Source: Staphylococcus sp. CAG:324
GTDB lineage: Bacteria > Bacillota_I > Bacilli_A > ML615J-28 > CAG-313
Assembly (NCBI GenBank): GCA_000433035.1
Contig: FR890814.1
Coordinates: 5,443-69,442, forward strand
Direction: 5' to 3'
DNA: 64,000 bases
Part shown: piece by piece, positions 19,166 through 29,204 of the stretch
How the letters are laid out: each line of letters opens with the position of its first letter
Numbering within the stretch: position 1 is the first letter of the stretch
Position numbers and translations under genes: made by a program
The notes under the pieces: model-generated
What the model saw: only the letters and a program-made list of their open reading frames with translations
What the model was told of the DNA's origin: nothing
The model's database searches: none

Positions 19166-19426
19166 CTAGAGTTTTTTTAGAATATTTTTTAATTTGTCAA
19201 CAACCTTATCAATTGTATTATCAAAAAGGTCAGCAACTTTATTAATTGTATTTTTTTGTGGTACTAATTCTTTAGCCTCATAATCATTATTAGGAGTCGT
19301 AATCTCTTGTTCAAACTGATTTTTTTCTTCTTCAAATATCTTATTTTGATTAAAACTATTATCACCTAATTTTAATCCTATTACAAAAAAGAAAAAGATT
19401 GCAATTATAATAATCAATTTCTTCAT
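19166..19426 (-). CDS. Small secreted protein of 86 aa.
   Basis: N-terminal signal/TM segment MKKLIIIIAIFFFFVIGL. A terminator hairpin lies downstream (AACTCTAGA...TCTAGAGTT). Confidence 0.35.
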   Translation of the reverse strand: MKKLIIIIAIFFFFVIGLKLGDNSFNQNKIFEEEKNQFEQEITTPNNDYEAKELVPQKNTINKVADLFDNTIDKVVDKLKNILKKL

Positions 19427-19435
19427 AAAAAACTC

Positions 19436-19705
19436 CTAATAATAATTCATAATTTTAATAACTGATGAAGGATCAGAAATATCATAAAAAAATAAATAAA
19501 AAATAGTATATTTATATATAACTTTTAAATGACTAACAATTGGTTTCTCTAATGATATTTGCGGATTAACATTGACAAAAAAACATTCTACTTCAGTTTC
19601 TTCATTAATACTCCTCAAATTTTCAAATCCTAATAAAATATTATTGATGAAAGAAAAAATAATCAACCCTGTAACAATAAGAACCTTATAATTAATATAA
19701 ATCAC
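19436..19705 (-). CDS. Small membrane protein of 89 aa.
   Basis: One predicted TM segment. The call is weak. Confidence 0.25.
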   Translation of the reverse strand: MIYINYKVLIVTGLIIFSFINNILLGFENLRSINEETEVECFFVNVNPQISLEKPIVSHLKVIYKYTIFYLFFYDISDPSSVIKIMNYY

Positions 19706-19715
19706 CCGTTATATT

Positions 19716-20774
19716 TTATTCTGATTGTCCATTATATAGACCACTATGAACTGCTAAATTAATTCCATTGGCAATGATTTTTGATAAATCTTCTACTTCA
19801 ACATCAATTTCTTTTGGTGTAACCATAAGATTATATCCTTGAGGAGTCAATACTTCTTCAATTAAGGTTCGCTGTTGTTCTTCTGTTAGTTTTCCAAAAG
19901 GTCCTAAAAATGCTTCTTTATGTGTATCACTCATATCCTCAACACTATTTAAATTTTCATAAACAAGCGTTGGTGATAATTTATTAGCATACGATGTTTT
20001 ATTTTCTGACTCTAAATAAAGATATTTTAAAGTCATTTGAATGGCATCAACAGTTATCGTTGTTGCATCCACAACCGTTGGAACACCAATTGCAATTACA
20101 GGAATTCCTAAAGTTTGAAGCGATAATTCTTTTCTTTTATTACCCACTCCCGAACCTGGCTTAATTCCCGTATCGGTTAATTGAATTGTTTTATTTATTC
20201 TTTTTATTGAGTTAGTTGCTAGTGCATCCACAACAATAACAAAATCAACATCAATTTTTTTGATCATTGATTCAATTATATCATATGTTTCAATTCCTGT
20301 TGTTCCCATAACACCCGGTGACATCGCAGAAACACAAGAAAAACCTTCTGATAAAGCATCAATTAAATATAGATGTCTTGTAACAATTGTATTATCTATA
20401 ACATATGGACCTATTGCATCTGGTGTTACATTGCTATTTCCAAGACCTACAACAAAAGCTTTTTTTCCAACTAAATGTAATTCTTCTAACATATCTTTCA
20501 ATACAGTTGCTAATGTATGTTCAATATCCTCTAATGTTTTAGTATCATGAATATTACAATTACTTAAATCAATTGTGTAATAATTTCCGGGTTGTTTTTG
20601 AAGTATAGTTGCTGCTTGATTGCCAACAATATTTTTGGTAACAGAAATATTTTTTATTTCAAACTCTTCATTTCCAAAATCCGGTAATTGTTTACCTTGA
20701 TACTTTTCATACTCATCTTTAGCAAGATCGGTTCTTCCGATAATAATTTTTTCATTTGTTTTTATTCCATTCAT
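19716..20774 (-). CDS. gpr: Germination protease (spore protease, peptidase A25).
   Basis: RTDLA, FVVGLGNSNVTPDAIGP and GIPVIAIGVPTVVDA motifs. Confidence 0.75.
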   Translation of the reverse strand: MNGIKTNEKIIIGRTDLAKDEYEKYQGKQLPDFGNEEFEIKNISVTKNIVGNQAATILQKQPGNYYTIDLSNCNIHDTKTLEDIEHTLATVLKDMLEELHLVGKKAFVVGLGNSNVTPDAIGPYVIDNTIVTRHLYLIDALSEGFSCVSAMSPGVMGTTGIETYDIIESMIKKIDVDFVIVVDALATNSIKRINKTIQLTDTGIKPGSGVGNKRKELSLQTLGIPVIAIGVPTVVDATTITVDAIQMTLKYLYLESENKTSYANKLSPTLVYENLNSVEDMSDTHKEAFLGPFGKLTEEQQRTLIEEVLTPQGYNLMVTPKEIDVEVEDLSKIIANGINLAVHSGLYNGQSE

Positions 20775-20902
20775 ATTTTCACCTCAAAATATTATTGGTA
20801 AATTTTTTAAAAAATATGCTTGTTGTCGAAAAGATTTTTGCCTTTTTACTTTATAATTTTGGAAAATTTTGTTATAATAACTATACTATAGGAGGAATTT
20901 TT

Positions 20903-21877
20903 ATGAAAGATGATGATTTAATATATCTATTTACTGGTACCTCTGAAATTTTTATTAAAAATCGAATGAATCGTATTATTCAAAGTTTTAAAAAAATGGA
21001 AACCACAATTATAAAATACGATATGGATATAACCCCCTTATCCCAAATAATTGAAGATGCAATCACAGTTCCTCTTTTAGAAGATTTAAAAATTATTATA
21101 ATTAAAAATCCCAAATTTTTAACTAAAGGACTAGATTCACCTAAAAGTGATGTAAAAAATTTTATTAAATATTTAAAAAAACCTATTGATTCCACAATTC
21201 TTATCATCGATGCTACAAATTGTGTTATTCATCAAACAAATGAAATTTATAAAACTTTAAGAAATGTAGCTAGAATTATTGATTATCCCGAACCAGAAGA
21301 AATCGAAATTAAAGGTTGGATTGTTAGAAGTTTTGATAGTAATAATATTGATATAAAAGATGATGCATTAAATCTTTTAATGGAATATATTGGTGATGAT
21401 CAATCAAGGCTATCTCAAGAAATTAATAAATTAACATCCTATATTGGTCGAGGTGGTACAATCTATAAAAAAGACATTAAATTGTTGGTTCCTAAAAATG
21501 TTAATAATGAAATCTATCATTTAATTAAAGCAATTATTAATCATGATTTAAATGAAACCTACCAAATATATAACAATCTATCCAATAATACCAAAGATCC
21601 TTTAATGATTATTTCTTTAATTTCAAATAAATTTAAAGAACTACTCTCTACATATCGATTATTAAAGTTTGGATATAGCCAAAGTGATATTGCTAAATTT
21701 TATAATATTTCTAATGGAAAAGCGTATTATCTTGTTCAAGAAGCAAAATCTTTTAATTTATCTGATTTAGAATATTACATTGATAAACTCTCAGAATTAG
21801 ATTATCAAATTAAAAGTGGAAAATTGGATAAAACAATTGGTCTTGAACTTTTGCTTTTAAAACTCCCAACTCAATAA
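20903..21877 (+). CDS. holA: DNA polymerase III delta subunit.
   Basis: Size and the N-terminal LIYLFTG...NRMNRI pattern. It sits in the conserved comEC-rpsT-holA-gpr neighbourhood. The start was moved to ATG 20903 after GGAGG. Confidence 0.65.
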   Translation: MKDDDLIYLFTGTSEIFIKNRMNRIIQSFKKMETTIIKYDMDITPLSQIIEDAITVPLLEDLKIIIIKNPKFLTKGLDSPKSDVKNFIKYLKKPIDSTILIIDATNCVIHQTNEIYKTLRNVARIIDYPEPEEIEIKGWIVRSFDSNNIDIKDDALNLLMEYIGDDQSRLSQEINKLTSYIGRGGTIYKKDIKLLVPKNVNNEIYHLIKAIINHDLNETYQIYNNLSNNTKDPLMIISLISNKFKELLSTYRLLKFGYSQSDIAKFYNISNGKAYYLVQEAKSFNLSDLEYYIDKLSELDYQIKSGKLDKTIGLELLLLKLPTQ

Positions 21878-21884
21878 AAGAAAA

Positions 21885-21927
21885 AAGAAACTAACTTATG
21901 TTTTTTAAAACATATTTTAGTTTCTTT
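21885..21927. terminator. Bidirectional terminator between the convergent holA and rpsT genes (AAAGAAACTAA...TTAGTTTCTTT).
   Basis: 11-bp perfect inverted repeat with T-runs on both sides. Confidence 0.55.
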
Positions 21928-21940
21928 ATTTTTTGTCGTT

Positions 21941-22204
21941 TTAGGCCATTTGATTCAAGGCTTTAGCTAAACGAGATTTTTGGTGTGCAGCATAATTTTT
22001 ATGATGAATGCCTTTTGAAACAGCTTTATCAATTTTTTTGCAAGCAAAATTAAACGCTTCTTGCGCTTTAACTTTGTCACCTGTTGCTACTGCAACATCA
22101 AATGATTTGATTGCAGTTTTAAGTGAAGAAGAAAATGAATTATTTAGTAGTCTTCTCTTATTATTAGTAATATCTCGTTTCTTTTGTTGCTTAATGTTTG
22201 CCAT
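21941..22204 (-). CDS. rpsT: 30S ribosomal protein S20.
   Basis: MANIKQQKKRDITNNKRRLLN. The start was moved to the ATG after GGAGGTG. Confidence 0.85.
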   Translation of the reverse strand: MANIKQQKKRDITNNKRRLLNNSFSSSLKTAIKSFDVAVATGDKVKAQEAFNFACKKIDKAVSKGIHHKNYAAHQKSRLAKALNQMA

Positions 22205-22284
22205 TAGTTTCACCTCCGAGGATAATTCATTGCTAATTATAACATAAAATTAAAAAAAGGTAAAGTAAAATATTCTTTTTCTTT

Positions 22285-24489
22285 TTACCAACTATTTATG
22301 ATATTATATTTTGATAATAATTTATTTTTTCTGATACAAATCGTTTTGCTATAACTTGTTATATATAATTTCGTCTGAATATTGTAAACTGTATTGGAAT
22401 GAGGAAAAGAAAATTGATTCAAATACCCATTCATACAAATAGCAATTTTATTTGGATTAGATATATCAAAGCCAATTTTATTTAAAAAAGAAAGAGAACT
22501 CGATGTATTAGAACCATGATGAGCAATTTTTAAAATGTCTACATCATCTTTGGTTAATTCTATTTTTTCTTCAACAACTTTTGTTATATCCCCTGTAAAA
22601 AGATATTTTTTACCAAATAAATTTGCTAATATGACTAAACTATTATTATTAGAATTTTGATAATCTTTTGTTGGCGATAACACTTTTAATTCTATATCTC
22701 TTAAAGTAATTTTATCATTTGCTTTTAACCCTGCATTTGAAATAGATGCAGGTATTTTATTTTTTGTTTGAGTATCATATCTATTATAATAGACACTTTT
22801 TACATTAAAATGATCTATAATGGAAGAAAGCATACCATTATGATCACTATCACTATGAGTAATGATAATTAAATCTAATCTTTTAATTCCCTGTTTTTTT
22901 AAAAATAATATAATATCATCATAACCAAATTCTCCTGTATCAATTAAAATATTGGCTTGATTGTGACTACTTCTAATTAAGGTTGCCTCACCCTTAGGTA
23001 AATCAATAAAATAAACCTCATTATTATAATTAAAAAAACTAATATTATTCCAATATAATAATATTAATAATAAAGCTATACCTCTTCTATAAATTTTTCT
23101 TTTTAATTCTAAATTTTTTAGTATAAAATAAATTATGAAATAATAAACAAAAATAACTATTATATTTACTGAGGGAAAAGTAATTGTAAATATTTTTATA
23201 TTAGCAAAAAAGTGAGTGAAAGTTTCAAAAAATAAATATACATAATTAAAAATACATTCTAGTAAAGGAAAAATTGCTACTAAAAAAGCCATTGGTAAAA
23301 TGATATAAGTAATAAAAGGTATATATAAGATATTATAAAAAATTGAAAGAAAATTAATATCAGGATTAATATTAGTAATGATGGGAAGTGTCACAAGCAA
23401 TGAAAGAATACTTATTTTTAATGATGTTATAAAAAATTGATATTTACTAGATGTTGTTAAAAGATGACTTGATATAATAATAATAAATGATGTTATATAT
23501 GATAAAATAAAACTATATTGATAAATATAAAAAGGATTAATGAATAAAACCATAATCATATTGATACAAATCATATCAATACTTGATAATTGATAATTCA
23601 ATACTTTATTGATTAACCTTAAAATATAACTAATAATAACTCTTAATACTGAAATTAATAATCCAGTCACAAAAAAGTATATAAATAAAATTATTATTGT
23701 AAAGATATAAATCTTATATTCTTTTAAATGAACTTTTTTAAGAATAAATTTTATACACATTGCAAGAATATTAATATGTAAACCTGAAATTACAAAAAGA
23801 TGGCTAATACCAATATTACTAATATCTTGTTGTAATGATTCATCTAAATCATTTTTATTTCCAATTGTTAATGCTTTTATCATTGCGGCTGATTTTGTTT
23901 TTAAAACCTTATCAAAATAGTGATTCATTGCTTCATTCATCTGATAGATAGAAAAACCTTTTTTAATATATTCCATTTTTTCAATATTTAAGATGCCAAT
24001 AATGTTTTGATATGTTAGATAATGATGATAGTTGAATCCACCTTGATAATGGGCAGTACTTCCTTTTGATAATTCACCTTTTAGATGATATATCCCACCA
24101 CATTGCAAATACGTATCGCTATAGGTAATGACTTTTTCTAATCCAACTTTAAATATTACTTGATAAGATGTATTCGTTTTCTTTATTTTAATTACTTTTC
24201 CAATTTTATCAAAATCTTGTTGAAAATTTTTCTTTTGTAGATATAATCTTGTAAAAAAATTTATAAATATAAAAGCAAGAATAATAACAAGAATGATCGA
24301 TAATTTTAAAGATTTTTTACACAAATATCCAAAATAAAGAATTAAAAATAATATTAAAAAAATATTTATTTTATGGTATAAGACAAAAAGAATAACAATT
24401 AAAAAAACGATTATACAATAATTATTTTTTAAAAGATTAAATAGTGATGTATACTTTAATTTCCTCAAATAATGCATTGCCAATTCCAC
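22285..24489 (-). CDS. comEC: DNA internalization competence protein ComEC/Rec2.
   Basis: Polytopic N-terminus plus a C-terminal metallo-beta-lactamase motif IITHSDSDHNG. It overlaps comEA by ~50 nt, so the true start may be internal. Confidence 0.8.
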   Translation of the reverse strand: MELAMHYLRKLKYTSLFNLLKNNYCIIVFLIVILFVLYHKINIFLILFLILYFGYLCKKSLKLSIILVIILAFIFINFFTRLYLQKKNFQQDFDKIGKVIKIKKTNTSYQVIFKVGLEKVITYSDTYLQCGGIYHLKGELSKGSTAHYQGGFNYHHYLTYQNIIGILNIEKMEYIKKGFSIYQMNEAMNHYFDKVLKTKSAAMIKALTIGNKNDLDESLQQDISNIGISHLFVISGLHINILAMCIKFILKKVHLKEYKIYIFTIIILFIYFFVTGLLISVLRVIISYILRLINKVLNYQLSSIDMICINMIMVLFINPFYIYQYSFILSYITSFIIIISSHLLTTSSKYQFFITSLKISILSLLVTLPIITNINPDINFLSIFYNILYIPFITYIILPMAFLVAIFPLLECIFNYVYLFFETFTHFFANIKIFTITFPSVNIIVIFVYYFIIYFILKNLELKRKIYRRGIALLLILLYWNNISFFNYNNEVYFIDLPKGEATLIRSSHNQANILIDTGEFGYDDIILFLKKQGIKRLDLIIITHSDSDHNGMLSSIIDHFNVKSVYYNRYDTQTKNKIPASISNAGLKANDKITLRDIELKVLSPTKDYQNSNNNSLVILANLFGKKYLFTGDITKVVEEKIELTKDDVDILKIAHHGSNTSSSLSFLNKIGFDISNPNKIAICMNGYLNQFSFPHSNTVYNIQTKLYITSYSKTICIRKNKLLSKYNIINSW

Positions 24490-24976
24490 TTACCTTTTTT
24501 AACTCATCAATATTTAAAAAGAATCCATTATTATTGCGATATTCAATAATTGCAGTAGCTTTTGTAATTCCAATTTTAGGAATCATCATTAATTGATCTA
24601 TAGTACAAGTATTGATGTTGATTGGTTCTTGTTCTAAATTATCAATTGTATTAGAAGGAATAACAATTTTAATATTTTCATTGATAATACTAACCAAATT
24701 AATATTATCTAAATTGGCATTTATTGTAACTCCCCCAGCTAATTCAATTACATCATTGACTAAAGAACCAACTTCTATTTTATATATACCAGGATATATC
24801 ACCTCGCCTCTAATATCTACCATACAATATTCTTGCTGATTGGTATTGAAAGAGGCACTAGAATCAGAACTTAACTCGGGGGAGTTATTACAAGCGTTCA
24901 AAAACAATATAATAGAAATTATACCAATAAATAAAAGTTTTCTAATCTTATATAGCATATGTAATGCCTCCTTCAC
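24437..24976 (-). CDS. comEA: Competence protein ComEA (helix-hairpin-helix DNA receptor).
   Basis: C-terminal tandem HhH (IDQLMMIPKIGITKATAIIEYR...ELKKVSGIGNALFEEI). Confidence 0.8.
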   Translation of the reverse strand: MKEALHMLYKIRKLLFIGIISIILFLNACNNSPELSSDSSASFNTNQQEYCMVDIRGEVIYPGIYKIEVGSLVNDVIELAGGVTINANLDNINLVSIINENIKIVIPSNTIDNLEQEPININTCTIDQLMMIPKIGITKATAIIEYRNNNGFFLNIDELKKVSGIGNALFEEIKVYITI

Positions 24977-25016
24977 TTATATAAATACGAACGTAATATT
25001 CAAAATTACGTTAAAA

Positions 25017-25061
25017 AACCTATATTTTAATAAATAAAATAATTTTATTAAAATATAGGTT
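25017..25061 (-). terminator. Terminator of the cadA-like ATPase gene. An 18-bp perfect inverted repeat AACCTATATTTTAATAAA / TTTATTAAAATATAGGTT is followed on the minus strand by a T-run.
   Basis: Read directly from the sequence. Confidence 0.5.
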
Positions 25062-25070
25062 TTACTCATA

Positions 25071-27008
25071 TTATGTATTTGCATTTACAACTTTTATATT
25101 TTTATATAACTTATACTTTGTATTCACTCTCATTGCATTTAAAATTGCAAGAATAGATACACCTACATCACCAAATACAGCAAACCACATATTTGTAATG
25201 CCTAAAGCAGATAAGACTAAAATCAGCACTTTTATAATGATGGAAAAGATAATATTTTGAAAAACAATAATCATTGTTTTTTTAGCAATCGTTTTTGCTA
25301 CCGAAATACCACGCAAATCATCTTTCATCAAAACAATATCTGAAGCCTCAATAGCTGCATCACTACCTACTGCTCCCATCGCAATACCAATATCTGATCT
25401 CATCAAAACAGGTGCATCATTAATACCATCACCAACAAAGCATAATACTTCCTTATCTTTTTTACTATTCAATAATTCTTCTACTTCTTCTACTTTATTT
25501 TGAGGAAGAAGGGATGCTTTGTAACCTGTTAAACCTACCTCTGTGGCAACTTTTTGAGCAATTTCATCATTATCACCTGTAAGCATAATGGTTTTACAAT
25601 TCATTTTATTTAATTCACTAATGACATCCTTTGTTTCTTCTTTTATTTCATCTTCTATCAAAATTGAACCAATAAATTCATCGTTTTTAGCAACATAAAT
25701 AATTGTTCCTAAAGCTTTTTCTTTTGTAAAATCAATGCCCTTTTCTATCATTAACTTTTCATTACCACAAAAAATAACTTGATTCCCTTTTTTTGCCATA
25801 ATTCCTTGACCTGCAATATTTGTCAAAATGTAGTCATTTTCCAAATCTTGATGATAAGCATTCATAATTGATTTTGCAATTGGGTGATTAGAATTTTGTT
25901 CTGCAATTGCTGCTAAAGATAAAATTTCTTCTTTTCTTTCTATTGGAGTTATTTTTGTAACTACAAAATTTCCTTTAGTTAAAGTACCTGTTTTATCAAA
26001 AACAAAAATATTTGCTTGATTTAATTTTTCTAGATAATTAGAACCCTTTATTAAAATGCCATATCGGGAAGAAGCGCCGATACCCGCAAAAAATGAAAGA
26101 GGAATGGAAATTACTAAAGCACAAGGACAAGAAACAACTAAAAAGCTTAATGCACGATACACCCAAACCGACCATTCTTTAGTAATAACACTAGGAAGAA
26201 TCGCAAGGGCTAAAGCAATACATACCACTATGGGTGTATAATATTTTGCGAATTTAGTAATAAAATTCTCAGCTTTAGATTTTTGACTACTAGCATTTTC
26301 AACAAGATCTAATATTTTAGAAACGGTTGAATCATAAAATTCTTTACGAACCTCCACTTCAATCTGTGATGTTAAATTCACACATCCGCTAATTACATCA
26401 TCATTGACATGAACATCTCTTGGCAATGATTCACCTGTTAATGCTTTCGTATCTAAAGTAGAAGATCCCTTCAAAATAACACCATCTAAAGGAATTTTTT
26501 CACCTGGATTGATTACAATAATATCTTTAACCTTTACACAAGTAGGATCAACTTTCTCTATAATTTGATCTTTTTTTAAATTAGCATAATCTGGGCGAAT
26601 ATCCATTAGAGCAGAAATAGACTTTCTTGATTTTCTAGTTGCATAATTTTGGAAAAATTCACCTACTTGATAAAATAACAAAACTGCACAAGCCTCATCA
26701 AAACCCTCAATCGCTTTTCCAGTACTTCCTAGATAAATGGCTAGCGAAAAAGCACCAAGCGTTGCAATACACATTAAAAAATTTTCATCAAAAATTTGAC
26801 CATGTAAAATATTACGAAATGCTCTTAGTAAGACATCATAGCCTATTATTATATACACTACTAAATACAAAACAAATGGCAAAAGCCAACCAAATTGACC
26901 TGAAACAAGCGTTCCTAAATTTATAGTTTTATCAATGATTAAAATAATACTAAACATTGATAAAGCAATAAGGATACGAATGAAGTTTTTCTTTTCCTTT
27001 TTACTCAT
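25071..27008 (-). CDS. cadA: Heavy-metal (Cd2+/Zn2+-type, P1B) translocating P-type ATPase without an N-terminal HMA domain.
   Basis: CPC motif (VVSCPCALVISIPL), DKTGTLT and GDGINDAP. Confidence 0.85.
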   Translation of the reverse strand: MSKKEKKNFIRILIALSMFSIILIIDKTINLGTLVSGQFGWLLPFVLYLVVYIIIGYDVLLRAFRNILHGQIFDENFLMCIATLGAFSLAIYLGSTGKAIEGFDEACAVLLFYQVGEFFQNYATRKSRKSISALMDIRPDYANLKKDQIIEKVDPTCVKVKDIIVINPGEKIPLDGVILKGSSTLDTKALTGESLPRDVHVNDDVISGCVNLTSQIEVEVRKEFYDSTVSKILDLVENASSQKSKAENFITKFAKYYTPIVVCIALALAILPSVITKEWSVWVYRALSFLVVSCPCALVISIPLSFFAGIGASSRYGILIKGSNYLEKLNQANIFVFDKTGTLTKGNFVVTKITPIERKEEILSLAAIAEQNSNHPIAKSIMNAYHQDLENDYILTNIAGQGIMAKKGNQVIFCGNEKLMIEKGIDFTKEKALGTIIYVAKNDEFIGSILIEDEIKEETKDVISELNKMNCKTIMLTGDNDEIAQKVATEVGLTGYKASLLPQNKVEEVEELLNSKKDKEVLCFVGDGINDAPVLMRSDIGIAMGAVGSDAAIEASDIVLMKDDLRGISVAKTIAKKTMIIVFQNIIFSIIIKVLILVLSALGITNMWFAVFGDVGVSILAILNAMRVNTKYKLYKNIKVVNANT

Positions 27009-27033
27009 AAGTTATACTTCCCAATTATATGTT

Positions 27034-27252
27034 TTATAAAATGATTGTACAATCAGGCTCAACTCTTTTACAAGTTTTAATAACTTCCCTCATAATTTCA
27101 TCTGCCTTAGTCTCATCTAATTCAATTGTCATCTTTTGTGTTATGAAACTAATATGAATTGAAGAAACTCCTTCAATTTTCGCAACAGCTCTTTCCATTT
27201 TGGCCGCACAATTAGCACAATCCAAATCTTCTAATTTATACACTTTTTTCAT
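27034..27252 (-). CDS. Stand-alone heavy-metal-associated (HMA) domain protein with a DCANCA metal-binding motif.
   Basis: The LEDLDCANCAAKMERAV ferredoxin-like HMA fold has CANC replacing GMxCxxC. The start was moved to MKKVYKL, which follows GAGAGGA. Confidence 0.7.
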   Translation of the reverse strand: MKKVYKLEDLDCANCAAKMERAVAKIEGVSSIHISFITQKMTIELDETKADEIMREVIKTCKRVEPDCTIIL

Positions 27253-27263
27253 TTCAATTCCTC

Positions 27264-27629
27264 TCATTCTGTGACGTGTTCAATCGCCATTTTATAAATT
27301 TTTAACACATGATCATCATCAAGTGAATAAAAAACTTCTTTACCAACTTTTCTAGATTTAATTAATCTCGCTAGTCTTAAAACCTTTAATTGATGAGATA
27401 TAGCTGATTTCGTCATCTCTAATAGTTTAGCAATATCACAAACACAAAGTTCATCTTCAACTAAAACGGATAATATCTTTGTTCTTGTTTCATCCCCTAA
27501 AACTTTAAAAAGTTCTGTAACGAAAAATAGATTTTCCTCACTAGGCATTAAATTTTTAGCGTGTTCAATTTTATCATCATGCGTATAATTATTTTTACAA
27601 TCTAATAATTGTTCACTCATCATATGCAC
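27264..27629 (-). CDS. cadC: ArsR/SmtB family metal-sensing repressor (CadC-like).
   Basis: ELCVCD alpha3 metal site, N-terminal Cys, and the SHQLKVLRLARLI recognition helix. Confidence 0.8.
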   Translation of the reverse strand: MHMMSEQLLDCKNNYTHDDKIEHAKNLMPSEENLFFVTELFKVLGDETRTKILSVLVEDELCVCDIAKLLEMTKSAISHQLKVLRLARLIKSRKVGKEVFYSLDDDHVLKIYKMAIEHVTE

Positions 27630-27642
27630 TTCCTTTTCTGTT

Positions 27643-27668
27643 AACAGTTGAATAGTTATTCAACCGTT
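27643..27668. promoter_or_regulatory. 12-2-12 inverted repeat AACAGTTGAATA-gt-TATTCAACCGTT immediately upstream of cadC. This is a candidate CadC/ArsR operator.
   Basis: Read directly from the sequence. The architecture matches SmtB/CadC-family operators. Confidence 0.4.
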
Positions 27669-27734
27669 AGTATTATAATATATTATATGCAAAATGTCAA
27701 TTAAAATGATACAAATAATATGAATAAAAAATAA

Positions 27735-27772
27735 AAATCAAATAGAAGGATTTTTTACCTTCTATTTGATTT
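27735..27772 (-). terminator. rplS terminator (AAATCAAATAGAAGG-loop-CCTTCTATTTGATTT).
   Basis: 15-bp perfect stem followed by a U-run on the minus strand. Confidence 0.6.
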
Positions 27773-27784
27773 TTTATACTTAAA

Positions 27785-28135
27785 CTATCTACGCTCTTTA
27801 ATACGAGCAGCTTTTGCAGATAACGAACGAATGTAACTAAGTTTAGCACGACGAACTTTACCAAGACGTACAACTTCAATTTTAGCAATCATTGGTGAAT
27901 GAAGTGGAAAAATCTTTTCAACTCCAACACCAGAAGACATCTTGCGTACAGTAAATGTAGCGCTAATTCCTTCTTTACCATGACGATAAATAACAAGACC
28001 CTCAAAAACTTGGATTCTTTCTTTTTCGCCTTCTTTGATTCTTACGTGTACTTTAACAGTGTCACCAGCGCGGAACTCAGGAATATCAGTTTTCATATAA
28101 CTTTTTGTAACCGCATTCAGTAATTGTTGACTCAT
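27785..28135 (-). CDS. rplS: 50S ribosomal protein L19.
   Basis: [46 protein letters not shown]. Confidence 0.9.
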   Translation of the reverse strand: MSQQLLNAVTKSYMKTDIPEFRAGDTVKVHVRIKEGEKERIQVFEGLVIYRHGKEGISATFTVRKMSSGVGVEKIFPLHSPMIAKIEVVRLGKVRRAKLSYIRSLSAKAARIKERR

Positions 28136-28292
28136 AATTCACTCTCCTTATCATCCAAAATTCATTCGTATACAACTTATTACTATTTATAGTATACCAG
28201 CGGAATATTGTGCTTTGATATAATCGTAAGTACTATACCATTTCGTATTATACCATATTTTTACTTATTTATCAAGTAATAAGATTTCTATT

Positions 28293-29051
28293 CTATAGTT
28301 CCTTTTTTGTATAAATAACTTGATGATGTGTAATATCTTTCATATGATGATCAAACATTTTAGCAATCGCATCTTTTTTATACTCTAACGTATACGAATT
28401 CAGATAAATCACATCATAGTCTTTTTCCAAAGCCCAATTAATCTCAGACCATGGCGTTGAAAAATAATCTTCATTGATTTCATTATCCCAATTATCTAAA
28501 TAAGTATACATAAGTAAAAAGCGATACAAGGTTTTTTTATTATCAATTCTTCCCCATTTTTCCTCAAATTCATTAAATTGCCATTCTGGAACCATTTTCT
28601 TAATGCGATCTCTTGTTGGCGCATCAATAGGTTCGGCTCCTTTAATTGGTGCTTTCATATCACGAATCACAATGGTTGTAAATTTTTTCATTTCATTAAA
28701 AATAGTTTCATAATATTCTTGACTAATTTCATGCCATACACTACTAAAAATAATTAAACTTTTTTTAGGCGTATGCTTTAATAAAGTTAAAACCTCATCC
28801 CATTTAGAAGTAAAAGTAATTTCTGGAGAAATATTTTTTGCTATCATAATGATTTCTTCATTAATATCAAAACCAACAAGTTTGGTAATATTTTTATCCG
28901 TTACTGACTCAATTCTTCTAAGTAGTCTACCATTTGCACAACCAAATTCAACTACTAAAGAATACTCATTCATATCAATATGTCTTAAAAAGAATAATTT
29001 ATCTTCCATTCCTTTTTCTAATTTTTTAATATAACCATTTAAATTTTTCAT
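28293..29051 (-). CDS. Class I SAM-dependent methyltransferase.
   Basis: Motif I VVEFGCANG. Confidence 0.45.
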   Translation of the reverse strand: MKNLNGYIKKLEKGMEDKLFFLRHIDMNEYSLVVEFGCANGRLLRRIESVTDKNITKLVGFDINEEIIMIAKNISPEITFTSKWDEVLTLLKHTPKKSLIIFSSVWHEISQEYYETIFNEMKKFTTIVIRDMKAPIKGAEPIDAPTRDRIKKMVPEWQFNEFEEKWGRIDNKKTLYRFLLMYTYLDNWDNEINEDYFSTPWSEINWALEKDYDVIYLNSYTLEYKKDAIAKMFDHHMKDITHHQVIYTKKEL

Positions 29052-29204
29052 ATATTCTATCTCCTTTCAATACTATTATACCATATTTAGAAAAACTTGT
29101 AAATATGAAAAGTTTTCATAAAAACATTTTCATTTATATTTATTCTTTTTATACACTTTTTATTAAAATTATGATATAATAAATGAATATAAGGAGAATA
29201 GAAT

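Noticed and set aside
22285-24976. A missing comEB between comEA and comEC.
   Set aside because: Its absence is common outside Bacillus. comEA and comEC simply overlap, and this is not evidence of rearrangement.
24977-25070. A small palindrome ACGTAAT-attcaaa-ATTACGT next to the 18-bp inverted repeat.
   Set aside because: It is short, AT-rich and adjacent to a much stronger terminator hairpin. It probably forms part of the same terminator/promoter spacer.
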